Below, one piece after another: positions 12,318-24,215 of a stretch of 64,000 bases of DNA. Both the position numbers and the translations under genes were made by a program. Numbering within the stretch: position 1 is the stretch's first letter; each line of letters opens with the position of its first letter. Origin of the DNA: Squalus acanthias (Eukaryota); NCBI GenBank assembly GCA_030390025.1, contig CM059432.1, positions 8,494,001-8,558,000 of the forward strand, given 5' to 3'. A model generated the notes under the pieces. The model had not been told where the DNA came from. It searched no databases and saw only the letters and a list, made by a program, of their open reading frames with translations.

Positions 12318-12520
12318 ATTTACAGCACAGAAACAGGAAATTCAGCCCAACTGGTCCGTGCCAGTGTTTATGCTCCACACGAGCCTCCTCTCGCCTTACT
12401 TCATCTCACTTATCAGCATATCCTTCTATCCCTTTCACCCTCATGTGCTTATCTAGCTTCCCCTTGAATGGACCCATGCTGTTCGCCTCAATTACTCCTC
12501 GTGGTAGCGAGTTCCACCTG
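12318..12520 (-). mobile_element. CR1 3' fragment
   Basis: Reverse complement of WNSLPRGVIEANS and 3' UTR. Confidence 0.75.
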
Positions 12521-12898
12521 ATTTGAGATATTTGCAGAATTTGCATATTCACAAAAAATCAAATGGCAAAATTAAGTAACTGCTAAGATCAGTGTATAAA
12601 GCATTATTTGTACAGCTGTCCTGGTAATTGCCTTAATGCAGCATTCCTAACAGACTATAAAGGATTGGAATAATACAATAGAAATAAATGCGGTCCTACG
12701 AATTTTTTCATCTGTTATTTGAACGGGATGAATGAAACTGTTCATTTTAATTAACTTTTTTTTACAGATGCAACTATGCAAGCAAGACGCTTCTTTAGTG
12801 GGAGTCTTAATTTTCATCTGTGTCTGGGATTTATTGGAGCTTAAAGTCCCAAACCTGGCTAGTGCAAAGTTATTACTGAACAATGTGGCATCATCATC

Positions 12899-13325
12899 AG
12901 GGCCTATACTCTCTGGAGTTTAGAAGAATGAGAGGTGATCTCGTTGAAACATATAAGATTCTGAGGGGGATTGACAGGGTAGATGCTGAGAGGTTGTTTC
13001 CCCTGGCTGGAGAGTCTAGAACAAGGGGGCATAGTCTCAGGATAAGGGGTCGGCCATTTAAGACTGAGATGAGGAGGAATTTCTTCACTCAGAGGGTTGT
13101 GAATCTTTGGAATTCTCTGCCCCAGGGGGCTGTGGATGCTGAATCATTGAGTATATTCACGGCTGAGATCGATAGATTTTTGGACTCTAGGGGAATCAAA
13201 GGATATGGGGATCGGGCGGGAAAGTGAAGTTGAGGTGGAAGATCAGCCATGATCTTATTGAATGGCGGAGCAGGCTCGAGGGGCCGTATGGCCGACTCCT
13301 GCTCCTAATTCTTATGTTCTTATGT
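12899..13325 (+). mobile_element. CR1 3' end
   Basis: GLYSLEFRRMRGDLVETYKI...FFTQRVVNLWNSLP; (ttcttatg)n tail. Confidence 0.9.
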
Positions 13326-13784
13326 AAAAGACAGCTAATGCTTTCCTCAAAGATGGAAATGGCTGCGCTCAGTAACTGAAAATCAGTCACTTTGAAACTT
13401 GCTTTTCCTACGGAGATGAAATGGCAAAAAAATAAAATAATTCGTTCTGGGAGATAGAGAGTGGAGAAGCAGTCTGTGTATTAAGCATAAGCTGTTTGTT
13501 GTCTCAGTTTTCTTTGTTAATGGCTGTATTGATGAAAACAGATATTGCCAACTCCTAAAATTCAAAAGCCCAGTATGCTGAGCGTCATGGTATATTTAAC
13601 ACAGCCAATTTATCTCCTCCAGTGCAACCTTTGTGATATCAGTTTATCTTTGACAATTTAGATGCCTTAATCACAAAGGTTTATTCTCATTTTGAAATGT
13701 TCCTAGAATTCTACACATTACAGACCTGGTCTAATGGGCCAGTGTCAGTTTCAGTGCCAGTACTTGCTCGTCAATTGGAAAGGA

Positions 13785-14650
13785 AGAAAGAACTCGCAAT
13801 TATATGTCACCTTTCATGACCTCAGGACTTCCCAAGGCGCTTTACACTCAATGAAGTACTTTTTGAAGTGACTGTACTGTTGTAATGTAGGAAATATGAC
13901 CAGAAACTTAACCGGCACCCGCCACATAAATACTGTGGCTACAAGAGCAGGTCAGAGGCTAGGTATTCTGCGGTGAGTGACTCACTCCTGACTCCCCAAA
14001 GCCTTTCCACCATCTACAAGGCACAAGTCAGGAGTGTGATGGAATACTCTCCACTCGCCTGGATGAGTGCAGCTCCAACAACACTCAAGAAGCTCGACAC
14101 CATCCAGGACAAAGCAGCTCGCTTGTTTGGCACCCCATCTACCACCTTATACATTCACTCCCTCCACCACCGGCACACCGTGGCTGCAGTGTGTACCATC
14201 TACAAGATGCACTGCAGCAACTCGCCAAGGCTTCTTTGACAGCACCTCCCAAACCCGCGACCTCTTCCACCTAGAAGGACAAGGGCAGCAGGCGCATGGG
14301 AACACCACCACCTCCAAGTTCCCCTCCAAGTCACACACCACCCTGACTTGAAAGTATATCGCCGATCCTTCATTGTCGCTGGGTCAAAATCCTGGAACTC
14401 CCACCCTAACAGCACTGTGGGAGTACCTTCACCTCACGAACTGCAGCGGTTCAACGGTTCAAGAAGGCGGCTCACCACCACCTTCTCAAAGGCAATTTGG
14501 GATGGGCAATAAATGCTGGCCTTGCCAACGACGTCCACATCCCATGAATGAATAAAAAAAAGCCAATTTGCACACATTAAGGTTCCACTAACAGCAATGA
14601 ACTAAATGACCAGATCATCCATTTCAGCTTTTGGTTGAGGGATAAATGTT
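13785..14650. mobile_element. Minus-strand DeuSINE 3' half interrupted by plus-strand LINE-X (13897-14560)
   Basis: The SINE breaks at gtaggaaat and resumes at agccaatttg; the LINE encodes TIYKAQVRSVMEYSPLAW and ends in an A-tail. Confidence 0.85.
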
Positions 14651-14670
14651 CTCTGTGATACAAAAACATA

Positions 14671-15010
14671 ATTGAGAGGTCGCACAACACCAGGTTATAG
14701 TCCAACAGTTTTATTTGAAATCACAAGCTTTCGGAGCTATCGATCGCCCCTTCCTCAGGTGAAGTAGTAAAGAAATACAGACTCGCCAAAGCATATATAG
14801 ATAGAGAACAATGCATGTGTACCTTACAATTGCAGACAACTAAATTAAATCATCCTGACTATCTGCCGAGGTGTGATAAAGTTAATCAGGTTAGCCAGGA
14901 AGGTACCACATCAAAGACATAGCAAGATACAACTGAGACAATGAGGTGGAGTCGCAGGGGGTCTAACGTGTCAAAAGCTGCCGTCTGTATGTAAAACGAT
15001 AAGCTGTAAA
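14671..15010 (-). mobile_element. Penelope-like pLTR fragment (subfamily 2) with hammerhead at 14721-14762
   Basis: Minus strand reads TCAC-CTGAGGA-A-GGGGC-gatcgata-GCTCC-GAAA-GCTT-GTGA; near-identical to 60630-60965. Confidence 0.8.
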
Positions 15011-15099
15011 AAAAATTTGAATAAAAACATTGTCATCCTTCTACCAGTCTGTGTTCACTATTTATTCTCTTTACATTTTTCATATTATTAAAAATCTAT

Positions 15100-15920
15100 T
15101 AGATCCCCATTAGTGTTCCATTAAAAAAATATTTTGTAAACCTTTCTTTATAACTATATTATCTGCTTATTCCTGGCATCATTGTACTGAATCTTCATTG
15201 TATCCTTTCTATCGCTATAATCTTTCCTATAAAAGAGATTTCCACAACTTTAACACAACCTTCTTTCTTTTATATTCAATGCCCCTATATATAAAAGCTA
15301 GAAACTTCTAATTTTCTGTGTCATTTCCTACCTGCAGCCCCCCCCCCACTCCCTCAGTATTTCCACCTCTACATCTCTTTCTCTACTCTTAAGGATCTGA
15401 CCCATTTACTGCACGTTTCTTTTCAGTATTCCTTTTCTCAAAATAGACTACTGCACATCTAGCTGAGTGCAATGGCATCTGCCCACTCCACCGGCCTCTC
15501 CATGTCCTCCTGCATTTTTTCACTCAGTTGGTCACTTCTCCTACTTTGGCGTCGTCTGCCAACTCCAGTTTTATTCCTCTTGCGTTTGATGTCCAAATTA
15601 TTTGTATTGATAGAAGCCAGAAGAAGTCCCAGCACAGATCCCGAGGGGAAACCATGGGCTGCGTCCTGCCAATCTGAAAAGTTTCCATTTCTGTCACCTC
15701 GCCATTTCTCTGTCAATGTGGCTACATTCTCCAGCAACTTGAATGCCTCGTGCGTGCCTTGATTTTCATGACACGTCTATTACGTGTTACCCTTGACAAA
15801 ACTGAAGCGTTGTCTCAAATATATCTTGGTACTGGCTTCTTCTTTCCTTTGTCATGGTACGCATAGGGTTAAAAAATAGAGGTTCCCTCACAGAAACTAG
15901 CCTAGCTTGTATTCATGCAA
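15100..15920 (-). mobile_element. Ancient, highly diverged CR1 RT fragment
   Basis: ORF 15459-15737 GNFSDWQDAAHGFPSGSVLGLLL..NTNNLD resembles CR1 [28 protein letters not shown]. Confidence 0.7.
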
Positions 15921-15979
15921 ACATCCCAGAATATAAATGTGGTGTCTGACCAGGAGTTTGAGGGAGGGGCCATTTCATT

Positions 15980-16598
15980 CAAACAACAACAACTTGTATT
16001 TATATAACAACTTTAACATAGTAAAACGTCCCAGGGGGCTTCACAGGAGTGATTATCAAACAAAATTTGACACCGAGCCACAGAAGGAGATATTAGGACA
16101 GGTGACCAAAAGCTTGGTCAAAGAGGTAGGCTTTAAGGAGTGTCAGAAAGGAGGAGAGAGAGCTCGAGAGGTTTAGGGCGGAAATTCCAGAGTTTAGGGC
16201 CTAGGCATCTGAAGGCGTGGCCGCCAATGGTGGAGCGATTAAAATCGGAGATGCGCAATAGGCCAGAATTGAAGGAGTACAGAGATCTCAGAGGGTTGTA
16301 GGGCTGGAGCAGGTTACAGAGATAAGGAGAGGCAAGGCCGTGGAAGGATTTGAAAACAAGGATGAAAATTTAAAAATTGAGGCTTTGCCGGTTCGGGAGC
16401 CAATGTAAGTTGGCGAGTACAGGGGTGATGGGTGAGCGGAACTTGGTTCGAGTTAGGCTACGGGCAGTAGAGTTTTGGATGAGCTCAAGTTTATGGAAGG
16501 TGAATAAAGGGAGGCCGGCCAGGAGTGTGTTGGAATAGTCAAGTCCAGAGGTAACAAAGGCATGGATGAGGGTTTCAGCAGCAGATGTGCTGAGGCAG
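15980..16598 (-). mobile_element. L2 LINE 3' fragment
   Basis: LSTSAAETLIHAFVTSGLDYSNTLLAGLP; (aac)n tail. Confidence 0.9.
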
Positions 16599-16682
16599 GT
16601 TTTGTTCAATTTAAGTATAAGCACCTTGTGGGTTTTGTATGTATTTATCTTCGATTGGTAGCTTTGTGTTAAGAAACATTTA

Positions 16683-17429
16683 GGGCTGGATTTTTGATAC
16701 TGGGGCGGGTTGGGGTCGTGTCATCCGCATTTCGTGTTATCCACCCGACTGCAATTGGATGTGGGAGATTGATGCAATTTTCACCTAATTGGGCAATTGA
16801 GTTCCAGCATGTGAGAACCCATGAACCAATTAGTGGTTTCAGTCTGAAAGTCGCCTCTGATGATGTCATCATTACTGCTGCATTGAAGGTCCTCAGAGAC
16901 TGCCTGGCTTTTGCTGTGAGAGGACCTGGATGCAAAATGAGCAGCATCTCTATCTAGAGAGAGAGAGAGAGAGAGAATTTTTTTTGCATCAAGGTCCTCT
17001 CACAGCAAAGGCCAGGCAGACTCTGAAGACATTCAATGCAGCAGCATCAGAGGCGACTTTCAGACCTAATACTACTACTACCTTCATCACATCTCCGTTG
17101 TAATAGTGGACCTGCAGCTGATAGTCAGCTATCCACTTGTGCTCCCGCCAGGTTTCACTGGCGTGTTTCAGATCAGGCGTGCTTCACGTGGGAAAAGGGT
17201 TAAACTAGCTAAAACTTTTCAAAATGGTATTACAGAGCCAATTTAGGGCTTGTTAAGGGCTTTAATGGCCTCTTGGAGGCGGGTCGGAGACGGGACCACC
17301 ACACACGATTTCATCAAAATTGCGTGGAGGCGGAATGGAGGCGGGATTGGGTCCGCCCGCCACTTTTCGCAATTTTAACCCCCCACACGCCTCCAAACCC
17401 GCCTCCACGGGTCTTTGAAAATCCAACCC
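16683..17429 (+). mobile_element. Non-autonomous Harbinger, deletion-type relative of the 25014-29218 element
   Basis: TIRs GGGCTGGATTTT...AAAATCCAACCC; TSD TTA/ATA; both subterminal regions align by eye to the ends of the 4.2-kb element. Confidence 0.8.
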
Positions 17430-17713
17430 ATATGACTCTAAAGATCAATATTCATCTATGTGCGATCAAGTTAATATTGCAGTTCAGTACAACAGATGAG
17501 ACTGTTACTTTTCAATCTTTTGAGGATGTGCAGTGAAGTAAATCTAGAGTATGCCATGGCTTTGTTCATTTATCCAGTTACAGTTTAATAAATCTATTTG
17601 GCAGTTTATAACCTACACCATGGTCTAGCACCTACCCGCTATTATCCTGCCACCCTAATATATCGGACCCATAGGACTGTTTTGTTTTCTCAGAGAAGAA
17701 ATGCATTCAATAC

Positions 17714-18245
17714 AGGCTGACACTCCATTGCAGTACTGAGGGAGCGCTGCACTGTCGGAGGATGAGACGTTAAACCAAGGCCCCGTCTGCTCTTTCAGGT
17801 GGACGTAAAAAGATCCCTTGGCGCTATTTCAAAGAAGAGCAGGGGAGTTATCTATTTCATTTCCTGCTTTTTTTCCAGTTCTGACAAAGGGTCTTCGACC
17901 TGAAACGTTAACTCTGTTTCTCTCTCCACGGATGCTGCCTGGCCTGCTGAGTTTTTCCAGCGTTTTCTGTTGTTATTTCGGATTTCCAGCATCCGCAGTA
18001 TTTTGCTATCGAGTTATCTCCCCGATGTCCTGGCCAATATTTATCCCTTAATCAAATCACTAATAAGCAGATTATCTGGTCTTTATCACATTGCCGTTTG
18101 TGGAAGCTTGCTGTGCGCAAATTGGCTGCCGCGTTTCCTACATTACAACAGGGACTACACTTCAAAAAGTGCTTCATTGGCTGTAAAGCGCTTTTGGACA
18201 TCCTGAGGTCGTGAAAGGCGCGATAGAAATGCGAGTCTTTCTTTT
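17714..18245 (+). mobile_element. DeuSINE interrupted by a PLE fragment
   Basis: Matches 34993-35465 apart from the insert at 17854-18010. Confidence 0.85.
17854..18010 (+). mobile_element. Second Penelope-like family 3' terminus with a mutated hammerhead (17877-17913)
   Basis: Perfect 9-bp TSD GAGTTATCT; AGTT-CTGACAA-AGGGTC-ttc-GACCT-GAAA-CGTT-AACT (core G8 changed to A). Confidence 0.7.
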
Positions 18246-18815
18246 TTTCAAAGTTTTTTAGTCACCAACGACAGAGCTGTGAGGGCCTGCGCCCCAGATC
18301 CAGGGCAGACGCGAGACTGCCAGTGAAATTAAGGTAACAACCATCGAGAACCTTTTGCGCCTCAGGCTCTTTCTGAGGGGCAAGTAGAAACTTCAGCAAC
18401 ATCGGTCGATCTGCACTGCGCCGTTGGATAAAACAGGTGATTGATGACTTGTTTGCCAGAGGAAAACCAACAACATCACTTTCCCTACAGCCACCAGAGA
18501 GGCGCAGGCTTAAGTCGCTATCAAATGGCAGGATTGAAAGTGTCATTAATGGCATCTAAATAGCTTTTCAAGCTCCTGCATTGCAGGAGTGCCACATATA
18601 TGAACTGCAGAAGCTTCTATTTAATCAATGTTCACATTTTGTGTGAGCACTACACCAGGTACTTCAGATCAATGCCCGGTTCCTAGGCAGCAGTAGTGAT
18701 TCATTCACTTCACATAGTGTTACATAGTATTTACAGCACAGAAACAGGCCATTTGGCCCATCAGGTCTATGCTGGTGTTTATGCTCCACACGAGCCTCAT
18801 CTCACCCTTCTTCAT

Positions 18816-19142
18816 TTTAAAGAAGGGGAGAGAGGTACAGAGGGAGAGAGGTTTAGGGAGGTAATTCCAGACCTTAGAATCTAGGCAGCTGAAGGCACGG
18901 CCGCCAATGGTGGAGCGATGAAAATCAGGGATGCGCAAAAGGCCAGAATTGGAGGAGCGCAGAGATCTCTGGGGGGGTTGTAGGGTTGGAGGAGGTTACA
19001 GGGATAGGGAGGGGCGAGGCCATGGAGGGATTTGAACACAAGGATGAGAATTTTGAAATCGAGGTGTTGCCAGACCGGGAGCCAATGTAGGTCAGCGAGC
19101 ACAGGAGGTGATGGGTGAACGGGACTTGGTGCGAGTTATAGG
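18816..19142 (-). mobile_element. L2 fragment, preceded by a minus-strand CR1 tail at 18720-18815
   Basis: LADLHWLPVWQHLDFKILILVFKSLHGLAPPY. Confidence 0.85.
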
Positions 19143-19144
19143 AA

Positions 19145-19530
19145 CTACTGCATCAGCACCTCCTTAGCTATGACCTGGAATGGTGCCATTTTGCCCTGTG
19201 CCTGTGTGCCTGCTCCCATTTGTCCCCCGCAGCGGCAGGACAATTTTAAGCAGGATCGATGATCCTTTAGGATTTCCTGGTGCCCCTTGACCCTGGGGTA
19301 TGCTCCGAGTGTGGATAATGCAGCAGACCATGTAATTTGAGAAGTTTTGCCTGGGTTATACTGGTCGGTAGCCTCTGACTTATCAAGATACAAGAAGCAT
19401 GCCAATCGTGTGCTCGATGATGCATCTGGTGGAGGCATGCGTCTCATTGTATCTGTGCTTGGCTGAGATGTGAGGATGCCACACAGGGGTCATCGGCAAG
19501 GGCAGTAGCAGCTATCCTCAGTCGCATAGC
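19145..19530 (-). pseudogene. Harbinger (HARBI1-like) DDE transposase C-terminal remnant
   Basis: My translation of the minus strand gives LPMTPVWHPHISAKHRYNETHASTRCIIEHTIGML, then after frameshifts YLDKSEATDQYNPGKTSQI and VCCIIH, matching the Harbinger transposase third-catalytic-Glu region. Confidence 0.8.
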
Positions 19531-19599
19531 ATCTTAATTTGCTGGGCTAATTGCAATTAATGATGGCGCAGTGGACTGGAGGAGACCAGAATGAGGGGC

Positions 19600-22483
19600 C
19601 ATAAATATAAGATGGCTCACAAAAGGGGAGGATTGGATGCTTAATATTCCTGAGCGCAAGGTATTCAGAAAAGATAGCGAAGGAAAAAAAAAATGAGGGG
19701 TAGCAGTTTTGATTGAAGAAAATATTACAGTGCTAGAAGGCGAGAATGTTCTTGAGGGATCAGAGACAGAATCTATTTGGTTGGAGTTGAGAAACAATAA
19801 AGGAGCTATTACGCTACTTGGTGTATTTTATAGGCCACCAAATAGTGGGAAGGAGATAAGGAATTGATTTACAAAGAAATTACTGAGAGGTGCAAGAACT
19901 ATAGAGTAATGATAATGGGAGGCTTTAACTACCCCAATATTGAATGGGGCAGTGATTGTGTTCAGGGCAGAAAAGGGGAGGAATTTCTGAAGTGTGTTCA
20001 GGAGAATGTTCTTGATCAGTATGTTTCCTGCCCAACGAGGAAGGAGGCATTGCTGGATCCAGTCCTGGGGAATGAACAGGGTCAAGTGGAGAATGTCACA
20101 GTTGGAGAGCATTTTGGGAATAGTAATCATAGTATTGTAAGGTTTAGATTAATTATGGAGAAGGACAAGGAGCAAGCTAGAATAAAAATACTTTACTGGA
20201 GGAGGGCTAATTCCAGCGAATTGAGGAGAGATGTGGTCCGGGTAAATTGGAGTCAAAGACTGTCAGGTAGAAATGTAATGGAGCACTGGGCGGCCTTTAA
20301 AGAAGAGATAGTTCGGGTACAGTCTCGGTACATTCCTACAAGGAGGAGAGGGAGGGCAACCAAAGCCAGCGCTCCCTGGATGACGAAGGAGTTGGAGAGT
20401 AGGATGAAGCAGAAAAAGAGCGCGTATGACATATGTCAGCTTGATAATACAAGGGAGAATCAGGCTGTGTATAGAAAGTTCAGAGGAGAAGTGAAAAAGC
20501 AAATAAGAAGGGCATAGAAACATAGAAACATAGAAACTCGGAGCAGGAGTAGGCCATTCGGCCCGTCGAGCCTGCTCCACCATTCAATATGATCATGGCT
20601 GATCATCCAAATCCAGTACCCTATCCCTGCTTCCTCACACAGAATCCCCATCGAGCCTGCACCGACACATATCCCACCCTATCCCCGTAACCCCACGTAT
20701 TTAATTCCCCCTAACATATCCCATCCTATCCCCGTAACCCCACATATTTAACACTAACACTAAGGGTCAATTTATCATAGCCAAATCAACCTAACCCGCA
20801 CATTTTTGGACTGTGGGAGGCAAAGAGACAGTACGAGAATAGATTGGCAGCATATTTAAAGGGGAATCCAAAAGTCTTCTATAGGCATATTAACAGTAAA
20901 AGGGTTGTCAGAGGAGCGGTGGGGCCGATTAGGGACCAAAATGGAGATCTATTGGTGGAGGCAGAAGGCATGGCTGAGGTACTAAATGAGTACTTTGCAT
21001 CGGTGTTTACCACTTAGATACAGGGGTGGTGCCAAAGGACTGGGGGACTGCGAATGTTGCATCCTTATTCAAAAAAGGGGAGAAGGATAAACTTGGCAAT
21101 TACAGGCCAGTCAGATTAACATCGGTGGTGGGGAAGCTTTTAGAAACAATAATCCGGGAGAAAATTAACAACCACTTGGACAAGCATGTACTAATAAAGG
21201 AGAGCCAGCACGGATTTGTTAAGGGCAAATCGTGTTTGACTGACTTGATTGAGTTTTTTTGATGAAGTAACACAGAGGGTGGATGAGGGTAGTGCGGTTG
21301 ATGTTGTGTATAAGGGCTTTCAAAAGTCGTTTGATAAAGTACTATGTAATAGGCTTGTTAGCAAAATTGAATCCCGTGGAATAAAAGGAGCAGCAGCAGC
21401 ATGGATACAAAATTGGCGAAGGGATAGAAAACAGAGAGCTGTGGTGAACGGCTGTTTTTTCAGAGTGGAGGAGGTATACAGTGGTGTTCCCCAGGGTTCA
21501 GTATCAGGATCACTGCTCTTTTTGATATACATTAATGACTTGGACTTGGGGGTACAGGGCACAATTTCAAAATTAGCAGATGACACGGAACTTGGAAATG
21601 TAGTAACCAGTGAGGAGGATAGTGATAGACTTTAAGAGGACATAGACAGGCTGGTAGAATGGCCGGACACATGGGAGATGAAATTCAATGCAGAAAAGTG
21701 TAAGGTGATACAATTTGGTAGGAAGAATGAGGAGAGGCAATACAAGCTAAATAGTATAATTTTAAAGTGGGTGTAAGAACAGAGAGACCTGGGAGTGTTT
21801 GTGCACAAATCTTTGAAAGTGGCAGGACAAGTTAACAAAGCAGTTAATAAAGCAGGTGGGATCCTGGGCTTTATAAATAGAGGCATAGAGTACCTATATA
21901 AAACATTAGCTCGCCCCCTAGCTGGAGTATTGTGTCCAATTCTGGGCACCACACTTTAGGAAGGACGTGAAGGCTTTGCAGAGGATGCAGAAGAGATTTA
22001 CTAGAGTGGTTCCAGGGATGAGGGATTACAGTCACGTGGATAGACTGGAGAAGCTGGGGTTGTTCCCCTTGGAGCAGAGAAGGCCAAGAGGAGATTTGAT
22101 AGAGGTGTTTAAAATCATGAAGGGTTTAGATAGAGTAAATAAAGAGAAACTGTTTCCAGTGGCTGAAGGGTCGATAACCGGAGGGCACAGATTTAAGGTG
22201 ATTGGCAAAAGAACCAGAGGCGACATGAGGAAAAACTTTTTTACGCAACGAGTGGTTAGGATTTGGAATGCGCTGCCTGATAGGGTGGTAGATACAGATT
22301 TAATAGTAGCCTTCAAAAGGGAATTGGATAAATATTTGAAGGAGAAAAAAAATTGCAGGGATATGGGGAAAGAGCGGGGTCGGGGGGAGTGGGACTAACT
22401 GGATTGCTCTTCGAATGAGCCGGCGCAGACTCGATGGGCCGATTGGCCTCCTTCTGTGCTGTAATATTCTATGATTCTATGAT
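19600..22483 (+). mobile_element. CR1 LINE ORF2 (APE endonuclease + RT), frameshifted, with an internal deletion near 21010
   Basis: [52 protein letters not shown] motifs; ctatgatt tail. Confidence 0.9.
20517..20817 (-). mobile_element. Chimeric retroposon: HE1/V-SINE fragment fused to a CR1 3' tail, inserted in the CR1
   Basis: (tagaaaca)n tail and CR1 UTR at 20517-20640; V-SINE body at 20650-20817 matching 32300-32425; ggca duplicated at the junctions. Confidence 0.7.
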
Positions 22484-22544
22484 TGTCAGTAAGAGTGAGG
22501 TGATGTGTTCTGATATAAATTAATGATGCTCATAGAATGTATAC

Positions 22545-24215
22545 AGTGGTATACAGTGGTGTTCCCCAGGGGTCGGTACTGGGACCACTGCTTTTCTTGA
22601 TATATATTAATGACTTGGACGTGGGTGTACAAGGCACAATTTCAAAATTTGCAGATGACACAAAACTTGGAAGTATAGTGAACAGTGAGGAGGATAGTGA
22701 TAGACTTCAGGAGGACATAGACAAGCTGGCGGAATGGGCGGACACGTGGCAGATGAAATTTAACGTGGAAAAGTGTTAAGTGATGCATTTTGGTAGAAAA
22801 ATTGAGGAGAGGAAATATAAACTAAAGGGTACAATCCTAAAGGGGGTACATGAACAGAGAGACCTGGGGGTATATGTGCACAAATCATTGAAGGTGGCAG
22901 GGCAGGTTGAGAAAGCAGTTAAAAAAGCATACGGGATCCTGGGCTTCATAAATAGAGGCATAGAGTACAAAAGCAAGGAAGTTATGATGAACCTCTATAA
23001 AACACTGGTTCGGCCTCAACTGGAGTATTGGGGGCGATTTTCCCACTGGAGGCGAGATGGAGGTGGGTTTCGCTTTCGGTGGTTTTGAAATCCGCCTCCA
23101 CTGATAGTTTTAAAAAAATTGAGATTTTCCCATGATTGGCCATTTGATTTCAGAGGTGTGGGATGCCCTTGGTTAATTAGTGTTTTGGGACTGAAACCCG
23201 CCTCTGTTGACAACACTTTTCCAGTCTGATTTTATGGCATCTTGCTCCCTTGGCTCATTCCACAGGATTTCTGCCGATGCTGCACCACCTGCAACATATT
23301 TTGAGAAACCACTATGTCCAATTCCAAGGCAAGGGCCTCCCCGAGGCTCTCGGATGAGGCGCTGCAAATGTTGTTTGAGGGGGTGACAGCTAGCATGGAG
23401 GTGATCTTCCACTCATCTGGGAGGAAGAGGCCTGCCAAAGAAACCTGTGTGGGTACGGCTGGCAAGGGATATAACCTCCAGATCTGTGTGCAGATTGGGA
23501 GAATGTTAATGTGTATTGATGAAATGCCATCCCTGTTGGAAAGCATTAAAATGTTGAAGCCAAAATGTTGGCGTTATGGCATCTGAACCTGACCTCTTTG
23601 AATCCGATTTTCCCGCCTTTCCCGCCTCCAAACCCGTCTCCTCTGACAGCAGAAAATCGCCCCCGTTGTGTCCAATTCTGGGCACCGCACTTTAGGAAGA
23701 ATGTGAAGGGCTTAGAGAGGGTGCAGAAAAGATTTACGAGCATGATTCCAGGGATGAGGGACTTCAGTTACGTGGATAGACTGGAGAATCTGCGGTTGTT
23801 CTCCTTGGAGCAGAGAAGATTGAGAGGAGATTTGATAGAGGTGTTCAAATCATGAGGGGTCTGGACAGAGTAGAGAGAGAGAAACTGTTCCCATTGGCAG
23901 ATGGGTCGAGAACCAGAGGACACAGATTTAAGGTGATTGGCAAAAGAATCAAAGGCGACATGAGGAAAAACATTTTTACACAGCGAGTGGTTAGGATCTG
24001 GATTGCACTGCCTGAAAGGGTGGTGGAGGCAGATTTAATCGTGGCTTTCAAAAGGGAATTGGATAAGTACCTGAAGGAAAAAAATTTGCAGGGCTACAGG
24101 GAAAGAGCGGGGGAGTGGGACTAGCTGAAGTGCTCTTGCAGAGAGCCGGCACGGGCTCGACGGGCCGAATGGCCTCCTTCTGTGCTGTAACCATTCTATG
24201 ATTCTATGACTCTAT
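22545..24215 (+). mobile_element. 5'-truncated CR1 LINE (RT), interrupted by a Harbinger element
   Basis: [40 protein letters not shown] is split by the insert at 23030-23664. Confidence 0.9.
23030..23664 (+). mobile_element. Non-autonomous Harbinger retaining the Myb/SANT gene start
   Basis: TIRs GGGGGCGATTTTC...GAAAATCGCCCCC; TSD ATT/GTT; ORF 23314 MSNSKARASPRLSDEALQMLFEGV..VIFHSSGRKRP is homologous to the 25294 ORF. Confidence 0.85.

Noticed and set aside
18262..18338. Possible exon ttttag|TCACC...TAAG|gtaac
   Set aside because: The acceptor derives from a SINE tail, the peptide is unrecognisable, and there are no partner exons.
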